Below the pieces are notes generated by a model. It worked only from the letters and a program-made list of their open reading frames with translations, was not told where the DNA came from and made no database searches. Positions 1 to 8,940 of a stretch of 64,000 bases of DNA are shown here, piece by piece (within the stretch, counting starts at the first letter, position 1; each line of letters starts with the position of its first letter). The position numbers were made by a program, and so were the translations under genes. The DNA lies in NCBI GenBank assembly GCA_001823535.1, contig MHUT01000012.1, positions 355-64,354 of the forward strand. Direction: 5' to 3'. The DNA is from Candidatus Yonathbacteria bacterium RIFCSPHIGHO2_02_FULL_44_14 (GTDB taxonomy: Bacteria > Patescibacteriota > Minisyncoccia > Phycocordibacterales > UBA1550).

Positions 1-295
1 GTGGCAGATCGAGATCGTCGTATACCACGATTGTACGCTCTGCGTCTTTTGCATTCTTCACTAATGGTGCGACGCTTTTGCCTGACACATTCATAAAGTT
101 GTCCGGCAAAAGCAGAACAACTTTATCCTTTCCCCACGACCCTTTCGATACAAGCGCCTTCAAGCTCTTATCATTTATCCACTCGGGAAAATCATTCTTT
201 TTACGAAACGCCTCCATGACCATACGCCCCGCATTGTGTCGCGTGTTCTCGTATTCTTCTCCAGGGTTTCCAAGTCCGACGATTAGATACTGCAT
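1..295 (-). CDS. pth: peptidyl-tRNA hydrolase, N-terminal part; the gene runs off the window start
   Basis: Reverse-strand translation from the ATG (reverse complement of 293-295) gives MQYLIVGLGNPGEEYENTRHNAG..., the canonical Pth N-terminus. It is missing from the ORF track because the window edge truncates it. The + strand ORF 78-314 is its antisense shadow. Confidence 0.85.
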   Translation of the reverse strand, partial: MQYLIVGLGNPGEEYENTRHNAGRMVMEAFRKKNDFPEWINDKSLKALVSKGSWGKDKVVLLLPDNFMNVSGKSVAPLVKNAKDAERTIVVYDDLDLP

Positions 296-338
296 AAAGG
301 TTATGGTACAATGAAAAACACAGAATCCCAAATTTACT

Positions 339-1202
339 ATGAACTTCAGACCAGACCAATTTTCAGATTTCGAAAGAGACAGGAATTACATCCACCCCGC
401 AATTGAACATGCATACAATACGGCTGAAGAAACACTTGCAAAAAACGCAATTGACCCCCATGATTTCACAGAGCTTTACGGAGCAGAAAACATAGAACGC
501 GACCTCGCAAGGGTTGAGAAAAAAGAAAAAGGATTTACTGTTGATGCACCCAAAATATATGCCGAGGTCCTTGAGGCCATTTTATTTGACCAAATTGGGA
601 ACGGGGACTGGTTTGGGAAAGGAACGCGCGCGATTAAAACATCACAATACGATGACTACATCAATGGTAGTGACATTATTCTTGAACTTGAAGAAGTAAA
701 TCGCACGCTCTCCCATTTGTCACTTTCTGTCGATGTCACATTTGGAACAACAACCGAGGAAAAAAAGTTTGCGATGATTAAAAAACACATTGATGACGAA
801 ACTTTAGGAGAAATAAAATACTTTCACTCTGAGCGTGGCGGGTTTCAAGGAAAACTAAGTAGAGTTCCGCAAGTTGTCATTGGTGTTGAAAAAGAACTTC
901 TCATAAAACTCTCGGGACTGTGGGCTGACAAACACGGACGCAAAGAAGAAAACAGTGAGGAATTGGCATCACACCCGGTGCAGCGTCTTATTTTTGCAGA
1001 AATTCTTCTCCAGCTCCAAACATTCAGGATCTATGCAGAAGAAACAAAAAAAGAATCTATTGTCCCAATTTACGAAAAAAGTATCAATATACTCGAGGAA
1101 ATTCTACGGGGAAAAGGACCAGCTGGCCTAGGTGACCTTCGTAATGACAAAGTATTCACTGCAATCCGTGAATCACTCCAGGTATTTAAAACTCTCTCCT
1201 AG
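339..1202 (+). CDS. hypothetical protein (287 aa, charged/alpha-helical, no recognisable motif)
   Basis: Long clean ORF in a compact gene array; no family recognised by eye. Confidence 0.55.
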   Translation: MNFRPDQFSDFERDRNYIHPAIEHAYNTAEETLAKNAIDPHDFTELYGAENIERDLARVEKKEKGFTVDAPKIYAEVLEAILFDQIGNGDWFGKGTRAIKTSQYDDYINGSDIILELEEVNRTLSHLSLSVDVTFGTTTEEKKFAMIKKHIDDETLGEIKYFHSERGGFQGKLSRVPQVVIGVEKELLIKLSGLWADKHGRKEENSEELASHPVQRLIFAEILLQLQTFRIYAEETKKESIVPIYEKSINILEEILRGKGPAGLGDLRNDKVFTAIRESLQVFKTLS

Positions 1203-1279
1203 CCAACAAAGTATCACTACGACACACATTCCGCCTTTGCATCAAGTACGTTTGTGTTTTATGATGATGTCACCAATCT

Positions 1280-1879
1280 ATGAATGAAGATTTATCAACA
1301 TCTGATCCTGTCTCTCCTGTCGAAAAAAATCATTCGTTTCGCGAAGAAGCGTGGGAAACTTTTCGTTTCCTTCTTATTGCACTCGCGATCGTTATTCCTA
1401 TTCGTGTCTTCATAGCGCAGCCTTTCATTGTATCTGGCGCATCAATGGACCCAACGTTCAAAGACAAGCAATACGTCATCGTTGATGAGCTTTCATACCA
1501 CATTGGCGACCCCGCGCGCGGAGATGTGGTGATATTCAAATATCCCAAAAACCCGAAACAATATTTCATCAAACGTGTCATCGGCCTCCCAGAAGAAACC
1601 ATTCTTGTAGACGGGAAAGGAAGAGTGTTTATAAAAAACAAAGATGGTAAAATAGCACTCACTTTAAATGAACCTTATGTCGCCTACCCAAAAGATGACT
1701 CGATGGAACGCATTCTCAAGGTCGGCGAATATTTTATGATGGGAGACAATCGCGCGGGAAGCTTTGACTCGCGCGCATGGGGACCAGTCAACCGCGACCT
1801 CATCGTAGGCAAAGCATTTTTGCGATTGTTCCCCGTGAGCACCATCGACATCCTGCCGGGCCAATACAGGCAATCTTAA
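1280..1879 (+). CDS. lepB: signal peptidase I (S26 family)
   Basis: N-terminal TM helix, then the SGASM catalytic Ser box, the KRVIGLPEE Lys box and GDNRxxSxDSR near the C-terminus. Confidence 0.85.
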   Translation: MNEDLSTSDPVSPVEKNHSFREEAWETFRFLLIALAIVIPIRVFIAQPFIVSGASMDPTFKDKQYVIVDELSYHIGDPARGDVVIFKYPKNPKQYFIKRVIGLPEETILVDGKGRVFIKNKDGKIALTLNEPYVAYPKDDSMERILKVGEYFMMGDNRAGSFDSRAWGPVNRDLIVGKAFLRLFPVSTIDILPGQYRQS

Positions 1880-1884
1880 ATATC

Positions 1885-3228
1885 ATGACCAACGATAAAA
1901 AAACAGAAAAGCCAAAAAAACTTCGTGAGGAAGATATTGCGAGCCCAAAAGGAATGCGCGACATTCTCGACAAAGAGTATTATGCGTACCAAGGTTTTTT
2001 TGAAAAAGCATCCGACATCGCCACGTATTATGGATTTCGTCCCATTGAAACACCTATACTTGAACGCGAAGCGGTATTTACATCAAGCCTGGGAGTTGGT
2101 ACAGACATCCGTGATAAAGAAATGTACACACTCAAAACCAAAGGTGGCGACCATTTAGTAATGCGCCCCGAGGGTACCGCGGGGATCATGCGCGCGTACA
2201 TCGAAAACGGCATGCAGGCGCTGCCTCAGCCAGTAATGTTTTACAATTACGGTCCCTACTTTCGCCACGAAAATCCACAGCGTGGACGACTTCGCGAACT
2301 CCGTCAATTTGGACTCGAAATTTTAGGTACACCAAAAAGCATCGCTGATGCCCTGATTATCCGCACAATGACCTTGATCCTCGACGAAGCTGGTTTCAAA
2401 AATCTTTCAGTCGAGATCAACAGTATCGGCGACAAGGAATGTCGTTCAGGGTACATGCGTGAGTTCACTAACTATTACAAAAAACATATCGCGACTCTTT
2501 GTCCTGACTGCAAGGAGCGCATTAGGATAAACCCTCTTCGCCTTCTCGATTGCAAGGACTCTCGATGTCAGGATGTAAAAGCAAACGCACCGACCCCTAT
2601 TGATTCACTCTGTAATGATTGCCGTCACCACTTCAAAGAGGTTATCGAATATCTCGAAGAGATGAATATTGCATATCGCATCAACAAAAATCTTGTTCGC
2701 GGACTCGACTATTATACCCGCACTGTATTTGAGATTATTGAGCTTGATCTAGTTCCTGAAGAAGGGGTCATCATTCCAACGCCGCTTTCACTCGGAGGAG
2801 GCGGTCGCTATGACCTTCTTGCAAAATCGCTCGGCAGCAAAAAAGATGTTCCTGCTGTCGGTGGCGCCATCGGTGTTGACCGTGTCATTATGTCGCCATC
2901 ACACAAACCGCTCAATCCGCGCATTTTGAAAAAACCAAAAGTATATTTTATTCAGCTTGGCAACGAAGCAAAGCTCAAGAGCTTCGCAATCATCGAGACC
3001 CTTCGCAAAGCACACGTACCTATCGCACAATCACTTTCGAAAGACGGTCTCGCGCAACAACTCGCCATTGCCGAGCGAAGTGGCGCACCCTACACCATTA
3101 TCTTTGGACAAAAAGAAGCCCTCGACAATACCATCATCGCGCGCAATATGGAAACTCGCTCGCAGGAGACCGTGAAGCTCGCAGACCTCCCCGACTTCGT
3201 GAAGCATTTGAAGGATGAGCTCCGATAG
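1885..3228 (+). CDS. hisS: histidyl-tRNA synthetase
   Basis: ATG at 1885, 5 nt after the lepB stop. Class II aaRS motifs including GGGGRYD; the N-terminal MRDILD...YGF pattern is typical of HisRS. The track ORF's upstream extension from 1777 is discarded. Confidence 0.9.
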   Translation: MTNDKKTEKPKKLREEDIASPKGMRDILDKEYYAYQGFFEKASDIATYYGFRPIETPILEREAVFTSSLGVGTDIRDKEMYTLKTKGGDHLVMRPEGTAGIMRAYIENGMQALPQPVMFYNYGPYFRHENPQRGRLRELRQFGLEILGTPKSIADALIIRTMTLILDEAGFKNLSVEINSIGDKECRSGYMREFTNYYKKHIATLCPDCKERIRINPLRLLDCKDSRCQDVKANAPTPIDSLCNDCRHHFKEVIEYLEEMNIAYRINKNLVRGLDYYTRTVFEIIELDLVPEEGVIIPTPLSLGGGGRYDLLAKSLGSKKDVPAVGGAIGVDRVIMSPSHKPLNPRILKKPKVYFIQLGNEAKLKSFAIIETLRKAHVPIAQSLSKDGLAQQLAIAERSGAPYTIIFGQKEALDNTIIARNMETRSQETVKLADLPDFVKHLKDELR

Positions 3229-3281
3229 CAACTAACCCAACAATAGTGCGATAGCGGGTTATTGTTGGGTTAGTTGCTATA
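3225..3281. terminator. bidirectional intrinsic terminator between convergent hisS and upp
   Basis: Perfect 19-bp inverted repeat ATAGCAACTAACCCAACAAT / ATTGTTGGGTTAGTTGCTAT with a 12-nt loop. Confidence 0.6.
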
Positions 3282-3285
3282 GATT

Positions 3286-3858
3286 TTAATTCCCAAAATA
3301 CCGATCGCCAAAATCACCGAGACCGGGAACGATGTATCCTTTCTTATTTAATTTTTTGTCGTACTCTGCGCAGAGAATGCGCACGAGCGGGAAATTCTTT
3401 TGTAGATTTGCGATGCCTTCTGGCGCAGAGATGATACCGACAAAAACAATGTTCTCTTCACGCGCACCCGCTTTGACGAGCGTGGCTATACCAGCGATTG
3501 CCGAGCCCCCTGTTGCAAGCATAGGGTCAAGCACCACAACTACGTCATTTTTTGAAATTTTTGGAATGTTCTGGTAGTAAGCTTTCGGCTTGAGCGTTTT
3601 TTCATTACGCTTGAGTCCAATAAACCCAACAGACGCCTCTGGAAATTTTTCTATAAACGCCGGCAAGAGCGCAAGCCCCGCGCGTAAAATTGGCACCAGA
3701 ATAATTCTAACTTTCTCTTCTTTCTCAATGTGCCGAGAAACTTCCTTTGCAAGCACAGATGCAACACCCTGCGCTGCTTCACGAAACTCTCCTGTCTTTG
3801 CTTTTCTGTTGCGCAGAATTATAAATGGGTCTTTCATATTTGTATTTGGTATACTCAT
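3286..3858 (-). CDS. upp: uracil phosphoribosyltransferase
   Basis: DPMLATGGS PRPP-binding loop and the C-terminal IVPGLGDFGDRYFG signature. Confidence 0.9.
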   Translation of the reverse strand: MSIPNTNMKDPFIILRNRKAKTGEFREAAQGVASVLAKEVSRHIEKEEKVRIILVPILRAGLALLPAFIEKFPEASVGFIGLKRNEKTLKPKAYYQNIPKISKNDVVVVLDPMLATGGSAIAGIATLVKAGAREENIVFVGIISAPEGIANLQKNFPLVRILCAEYDKKLNKKGYIVPGLGDFGDRYFGN

Positions 3859-3861
3859 TGT

Positions 3862-4503
3862 ATGTCATTCCCTATAATTTTTAAAGACCGATCTGAGGCA
3901 GGCAAAAAACTTGCAGAAGTTTTAACCGAGTTCAAAAATTCTAGCGCGATTGTGCTTGCGCTTCCTCGTGGTGGCGTAATGACAGGGAAAGAGATTGCGG
4001 AGGCACTCAGCCTCCCGCTCGATATCATTGTCACGCGAAAAATCGGCGCACCGGGAAATGACGAGTATGCAATAGGCGCAATCGACCTCGACGGCAATGG
4101 GGTGTGGAATGAAATGGAACACGCTTATGTTGATAAAAAATGGCTCGAAGCCAAAATAGCATCAGAAAAAATAGAGGCAAAGCGAAGATGGGACACCTAT
4201 CGCAAAGGAAGGGGTGAGCTCGATTTAAAAAACAAAGTGGTCATTATTGTGGACGACGGCATCGCAACTGGACTCACGATGCAGGCGGCTGTGGCATACG
4301 CGAAACACAAAGGCGCAGAAAGAATCATTGTAGCAGTGCCTGTGGCGTCCGCCGAGTCTGTGCGAACACTCAAAAACAGCGCAGATGTGCGCACAATTGA
4401 AACACCCACCTTCTTTTCCGCTGTTGGGGAATGGTATGAAGATTTCCCTCAGGTTTCTGACAAGGAGGTCGTTAGCGCCCTTGCACCAAAAAGCCCTTTG
4501 TGA
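3862..4503 (+). CDS. phosphoribosyltransferase-domain protein (COG1926-like putative PRTase)
   Basis: VVIIVDDGIATGLTM PRPP-binding motif. ATG at 3862 sits only 3 bp from the divergent upp start; the track ORF's N-terminal extension is rejected. Confidence 0.7.
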   Translation: MSFPIIFKDRSEAGKKLAEVLTEFKNSSAIVLALPRGGVMTGKEIAEALSLPLDIIVTRKIGAPGNDEYAIGAIDLDGNGVWNEMEHAYVDKKWLEAKIASEKIEAKRRWDTYRKGRGELDLKNKVVIIVDDGIATGLTMQAAVAYAKHKGAERIIVAVPVASAESVRTLKNSADVRTIETPTFFSAVGEWYEDFPQVSDKEVVSALAPKSPL

Positions 4504-4516
4504 TAGTATATCGCCT

Positions 4517-4777
4517 ATGTCTACGGTAAACGCAGAAGTCAAGAAAAATAACAACGAAAACGCAATCAGCCTTATTCGCCGCTTCACCAAGCGCGTTCAG
4601 GGTTCAGGAATTATTCCTCGCGTTCGCTCAATTCGCTATAACCAACGCAAGCCTAATCATGCAAGAATGAAGAAGGACGCGCTTGTTGTCCTCGGAATGC
4701 GCAAGGAGTACCAACTCCTGGAAAAGCTCGGCAAACTCCCTGAGAAAAAACAAAAGGGTCGCCCAAAATCGAGTTAA
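4517..4777 (+). CDS. rpsU: 30S ribosomal protein S21-like
   Basis: ISLIRRFTKRVQGSGIIPRVRSIRYNQRKPNHARMKK aligns with the bS21 core (ALRRFKR..G.L.E.RRR.FYEKP..RKR). Internal ATG at 4517 is chosen. Confidence 0.6.
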   Translation: MSTVNAEVKKNNNENAISLIRRFTKRVQGSGIIPRVRSIRYNQRKPNHARMKKDALVVLGMRKEYQLLEKLGKLPEKKQKGRPKSS

Positions 4778-4794
4778 GACTTACGCCTCGTCTC

Positions 4795-5172
4795 ATGTCG
4801 CTCTCGATTACGAATACTACAAAAGGCAAGCTCCCCCGCTTGCCTTTTGCTAAAATGGCCGAAGCAGTACTCGGAAAGGAGTATGATTGTTCACTTGTAA
4901 TTGTGAGTTCCCGAAAGTCGCGAGAACTCAATCGTACTTATCGCGGAAAAGATTATCCAACAAACATTCTGTCATTTCCGCTCGATGAAAACGAGGGTGA
5001 GATATTTCTTGATCTCAAAAAAACACAAGCCGAAGCGGCACCCTTTGAACGCTCGTACACTAATTTTGTCGGATTTCTTTTTATACACGGGCTCCTTCAT
5101 CTCAAAGGACTTGATCATGGAGTAAAAATGGAAAATGCAGAGAAAAAAATCCGTACAATTTTTAAAATTTAG
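4795..5172 (+). CDS. ybeY: rRNA maturation endoribonuclease YbeY
   Basis: NILSFP and the HGLLHLKGLDH metal-binding motif (H-x-x-x-H-x-x-G-x-D-H). Confidence 0.85.
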   Translation: MSLSITNTTKGKLPRLPFAKMAEAVLGKEYDCSLVIVSSRKSRELNRTYRGKDYPTNILSFPLDENEGEIFLDLKKTQAEAAPFERSYTNFVGFLFIHGLLHLKGLDHGVKMENAEKKIRTIFKI

Positions 5173-5357
5173 TTTTATTAGCAACGTAGACGAATCAATA
5201 GATTTGCGTCTTGGTCGAAGACTTTAATAAAATATCAATTTTCATTTCCGAGCCGGGGAGATATAATATAGACTTCCGCGATCTCTGTTACAGGAGTATA
5301 TATTACTCATTCGTAGCCATAGGTACTGTAGTATTTCTCCAGCATGCGCGTGTATGT

Positions 5358-5385
5358 TTGATAGCCCAGGTTTTTTTGCTACAAT
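5358..5385 (+). promoter_or_regulatory. candidate sigma70-type promoter for ftsA
   Basis: TTGATA, 16-nt spacer, TACAAT, followed by the AGAGGG RBS 8 nt before the ATG. Confidence 0.35.
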
Positions 5386-5397
5386 AGAGGGTATATT

Positions 5398-6561
5398 ATG
5401 AGCACTCGCATCAAACGCATAGCAACCGGCATTGATGTCGGCACACACGCAACACGCGTTGTTATTGTAGAGCACTCGCGCGGGGAATCGCCAGTTATTA
5501 TCGGCACTGGTGTTTCCGAGACACGCGGTTTGCGACACGGATATATAATAAACAAAATAGATGCGATTCGAAGCATTAGCAATGCTCTTGCAAATGCAGA
5601 AAAAATGGCGGGTTTTAAAATCAAAAATGCCATACTCTCCATTGGCGGTATAAGCCTTGAATCAGTGGTCTCTCATGGTGCCTCCATTGTATCCCGTGCG
5701 TCTGGTGAAGTAAGCGAGATAGACATCAGAAAGTCGGCGAAGGATGCAGAGGAAAATCTCACTCACCTTACCAACAAACGTATCATTTATCGTACACCAC
5801 TCCGCTACAAGCTCGACAGCAAGGAAGTTTTAGGTGACCCTCTCGGAATGACTGGAACCAAGCTTGATGTAAAAATGCTCTTTGTTACCTGCTTGGAACA
5901 GCATCTAAATGATATCATCCGCACCATTGAGGAACTCGGCGTCGAGGTAGACGAGGTTGTGCCATCCCCCATCGCTGCAGCTCAAGTTGCGCTCAATAAA
6001 AAACAGAGAGCGGTCGGGTGCGCGTTGGTAAACATCGGGGCAGAAACTGTTTCTATTGCGGTGTTTGAAAATGACACGCCGATTTCGCTTCAAATATTCC
6101 CCATCGGCTCAACCGACATTACTAATGACATCGCGCTTGGACTAAAGATTCCATTACAAGAAGCTGAGAAAATAAAAGTGAGCGGTCCTGAAGGAATTTA
6201 TTCTAAAAAGAAACTTGAGGAGATCATTGAGGCGCGACTCTATGATATTTTTGAACTTATCGATGCCCATTTAAAAAAAATCGGGAGGAGCGGCCTTCTA
6301 CCCGCGGGAGTTGTGCTCACTGGTGGCGGTGCCGGTATCGCAACAATCGAAGACCTTGCGAAAGCCGTTCTGAAGCTCCCGTCATCCATTGCGCACCCCG
6401 CAATCGCAAATGCTGGCAAACACCCAGTCAAAGACTCTTCGTGGCTTGTGGCATACGGACTTGCGGTCTATGCGCTGCAAAAACCATCTGAAACCGCAGA
6501 AACCGGTCTTAGCGATATTTTTGAAACTCTAAAAAGCTGGATAAAACCGTTTTTGCCATAA
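5398..6561 (+). CDS. ftsA: cell division protein FtsA
   Basis: Actin-fold ATPase with the N-terminal IATGIDVGTHATRVV phosphate-1 loop, directly upstream of ftsZ. Confidence 0.9.
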   Translation: MSTRIKRIATGIDVGTHATRVVIVEHSRGESPVIIGTGVSETRGLRHGYIINKIDAIRSISNALANAEKMAGFKIKNAILSIGGISLESVVSHGASIVSRASGEVSEIDIRKSAKDAEENLTHLTNKRIIYRTPLRYKLDSKEVLGDPLGMTGTKLDVKMLFVTCLEQHLNDIIRTIEELGVEVDEVVPSPIAAAQVALNKKQRAVGCALVNIGAETVSIAVFENDTPISLQIFPIGSTDITNDIALGLKIPLQEAEKIKVSGPEGIYSKKKLEEIIEARLYDIFELIDAHLKKIGRSGLLPAGVVLTGGGAGIATIEDLAKAVLKLPSSIAHPAIANAGKHPVKDSSWLVAYGLAVYALQKPSETAETGLSDIFETLKSWIKPFLP

Positions 6562-6580
6562 GAAAAAACTGCTCAACTTT

Positions 6581-6643
6581 GTGAACTTTCGAATCAGCTG
6601 ATTCTGAACTAGCAAGTTCACGTCTTGGACGCAAGCTTGGACC
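6581..6643 (+). repeat. copy A of a ~60-nt conserved palindromic upstream element, 82 nt before ftsZ
   Basis: GTGAACTTTCGAATCAGCTGATTCTGAACTAGCAAGTTCACGTCTTGGACGCAAGCTTGGACC. Contains the perfect 12-bp palindrome AATCAGCTGATT inside a 20-bp near-palindrome, and is about 80% identical to the reverse complement of copies B and C. Confidence 0.6.
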
Positions 6644-6724
6644 TAGGCACTTTTGACTTTATGGACTCTTTCTTGGTATTCTACTAATACTAATAATTAG
6701 CAGTTTTAAATCAGCCCATCAGTT

Positions 6725-7960
6725 ATGCCAAAAGTACAACCGGAAGTAGAAGCATTTGCCCGCATCAAAGTCATCGGAATCGGTGGCTCAGGAAAAAACG
6801 CGGTGAACCATATGATTAATTCGAAAGTCAAAGGCGTCGAATTCATTGTAATGAACACCGATGCACAAGATCTACATCATTCACTCGCGCAGAAAAAAAT
6901 TCACATCGGCAAAAATCTCACACGAGGACTAGGCACCGGCATGAACCCAGAAATAGGTCGTAAAGCCGCAGAAGAAACGAAGGAGGAAGTGCAAGGAGTA
7001 TTGAAGGGTGCAGACATGGTCTTTATTGCAGGAGGAATGGGTGGTGGTACTGGCACGGGCGCGGCGCCCGTTGTTGCAAGTATTGCAAAAGAACAGGGTG
7101 CTCTCACTATCGGCGTTGTCACGCGACCATTTACATTTGAAGGTTCACATCGTGGCAGGCTTGCCGAACAAGGTCTCGACGAACTTCGCAAACAAGTTGA
7201 CGCGCTCATCATTGTTCCAAACGACCGCATTTTAAGTGTTGCTGACAAAGACACTACTTTTAAATCGGCTTTCACTATGAGTGACGAGGTGCTTCGCCAG
7301 GCAGTTGAAGGCATCTCTGACCTCATCACTACTCCAGGCATCATCAATGTCGACTTTGCGGACATTCGCTCAGTACTTTCCAATGCTGGATCGGCACTCC
7401 TCGGTATCGGCTCATCGAGCGGGGAAAACCGCGCTCAAGAAGCGGCGCTTGCAGCGATAAACTCCCCCCTGCTTGACCTTTCAATTTCTGGCGCGAAGGG
7501 GGTTTTATTTGCTATCGCAGGCGGTGCAGACCTTCGCATGCACGAGATCAACGAAGCGGCAAAAATTATTACGGAATCAATCGACCCCGATGCGCGCGTT
7601 ATCTTTGGAGCCATCCTCGATGACAAACTAAAAAAGAATGAGCTCAAAATCACTGTCATCGCAGCAGGTTTTCCAGAGGGTGTAGAAAAACGAGCTCTCA
7701 ATTCTTTTGCCACTAAAACACAGAGTGTTCAGCGCGAAGAAAATCGAGACAGGACCGTAGAGAAGCGCGAAATCAATAATAGCTTCGTTGAGCAAGAGCC
7801 AAAAAAAGTTGAGGTATCGCGTGAAAGCACAAAAACAGCGCTCGATAAAGAGCCTGTTGCGGTTATAGATCTCGAAGCAGAAGGAGCCGAAGACTGGAGT
7901 GCTGTTCCCGCATTTCTCCGTCGCCCAAAAAAAAATATAAACCGAGATGAACAACAGTAA
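6725..7960 (+). CDS. ftsZ: cell division protein FtsZ
   Basis: GGGTGTG tubulin signature (GMGGGTGTGAAPVVA) and an N-terminal GIGGSGKNAV motif. Confidence 0.95.
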   Translation: MPKVQPEVEAFARIKVIGIGGSGKNAVNHMINSKVKGVEFIVMNTDAQDLHHSLAQKKIHIGKNLTRGLGTGMNPEIGRKAAEETKEEVQGVLKGADMVFIAGGMGGGTGTGAAPVVASIAKEQGALTIGVVTRPFTFEGSHRGRLAEQGLDELRKQVDALIIVPNDRILSVADKDTTFKSAFTMSDEVLRQAVEGISDLITTPGIINVDFADIRSVLSNAGSALLGIGSSSGENRAQEAALAAINSPLLDLSISGAKGVLFAIAGGADLRMHEINEAAKIITESIDPDARVIFGAILDDKLKKNELKITVIAAGFPEGVEKRALNSFATKTQSVQREENRDRTVEKREINNSFVEQEPKKVEVSRESTKTALDKEPVAVIDLEAEGAEDWSAVPAFLRRPKKNINRDEQQ

Positions 7961-8882
7961 TATTTACGACCTCATCATCATTGGAGGAGGCCCTGCAGGA
8001 GCCGCTGCGGGTGTGTATGCCGCACGCAAGCGACTAAAAACATTGATGCTTGCCGAAGTATTTGGCGGGCAATCGACAGACTCTGCTGAGGTACAAAACT
8101 GGATAGGTACTATTTCTATATCTGGCGAAGCTCTTGCATTATCGCTTAAAAAACACGTTGAAGCATACGCGGGCGAAGTACTCACTATACGTGATGAGCG
8201 CGTGCAAAAGCTCGAAGCTCGAGAGGGCACTTTTATTGCGACAACAGACAAAAATTCGTACGCGGCACGCACCGTACTTGTAGCGACAGGGAGTCACAGG
8301 CGCAAGCTCGATGCCGAGGGAGCGGACAAATTTGAACACAAAGGTGTTACCTACTGCGCTTCCTGCGATGGTCCAATGTTTGAAGGTCAAGACCTCGCTG
8401 TCATTGGCGGAGGAAATTCCGCATTTGAAACAGCAGCTCAGCTCCTTGCGTATGCAAAAAGCGTGACGATCATTCATCGGAGTCCAGAGTTCAACCGTGC
8501 TGATCAAATAACTGTAGAAAAAGTGCTATCGCATCCAAACATGCGAGCTGTTAAAAATGTTGAAATTCTTGAAATTAAGGGGGAGAAATTTGTTACAAGT
8601 ATTACCTACCGCAATAAAACAACAAACCAGGTAATCGAGCTTCCTGTTGGTGGCATCTTTGTAGAAATCGGGCAACTTCCAAACACTGAATTTTTAAAAG
8701 GTGTTGTCAGTTTAAATGACCACGATCATGTTGTCATTGATCCGCGTACTCAAAAAACGAGTATGCCTGGCATTTGGTCCGCAGGCGATTGTACCGACAC
8801 ACTCTATCACCAAAACAACATTGCCGCAGGCGACGCAGTCCGCGCCCTTGAAGACATCTATCAATATTTGCGTTCAAAGTAG
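7947..8882 (+). CDS. trxB: thioredoxin reductase
   Basis: IIGGGPAGAAAG FAD motif, the CASCDG redox-active disulfide and an IGGGNSA NADPH motif. Overlaps the ftsZ end by 14 nt. Confidence 0.9.
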   Translation: MNNSNIYDLIIIGGGPAGAAAGVYAARKRLKTLMLAEVFGGQSTDSAEVQNWIGTISISGEALALSLKKHVEAYAGEVLTIRDERVQKLEAREGTFIATTDKNSYAARTVLVATGSHRRKLDAEGADKFEHKGVTYCASCDGPMFEGQDLAVIGGGNSAFETAAQLLAYAKSVTIIHRSPEFNRADQITVEKVLSHPNMRAVKNVEILEIKGEKFVTSITYRNKTTNQVIELPVGGIFVEIGQLPNTEFLKGVVSLNDHDHVVIDPRTQKTSMPGIWSAGDCTDTLYHQNNIAAGDAVRALEDIYQYLRSK

Positions 8883-8894
8883 CCAAAATAAAAA

Positions 8895-8935
8895 AAGCAA
8901 ATTCTCACGATGCGAGAATTTGCTTTCTTTGTTTT
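8895..8935. terminator. intrinsic terminator after trxB (bidirectional with prmC)
   Basis: GCAAATTCTC-loop-GAGAATTTGC hairpin with a T-rich tail; an outer GCCAAAAT/ATTTTGGC complement extends the stem. Confidence 0.6.
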
Positions 8936-8940
8936 GGCTA

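Noticed and set aside
78-314. ORF-track CDS on the + strand (78 aa)
   Set aside because: It is the antisense frame of a clear pth N-terminus on the minus strand. No motif, and the composition is odd.
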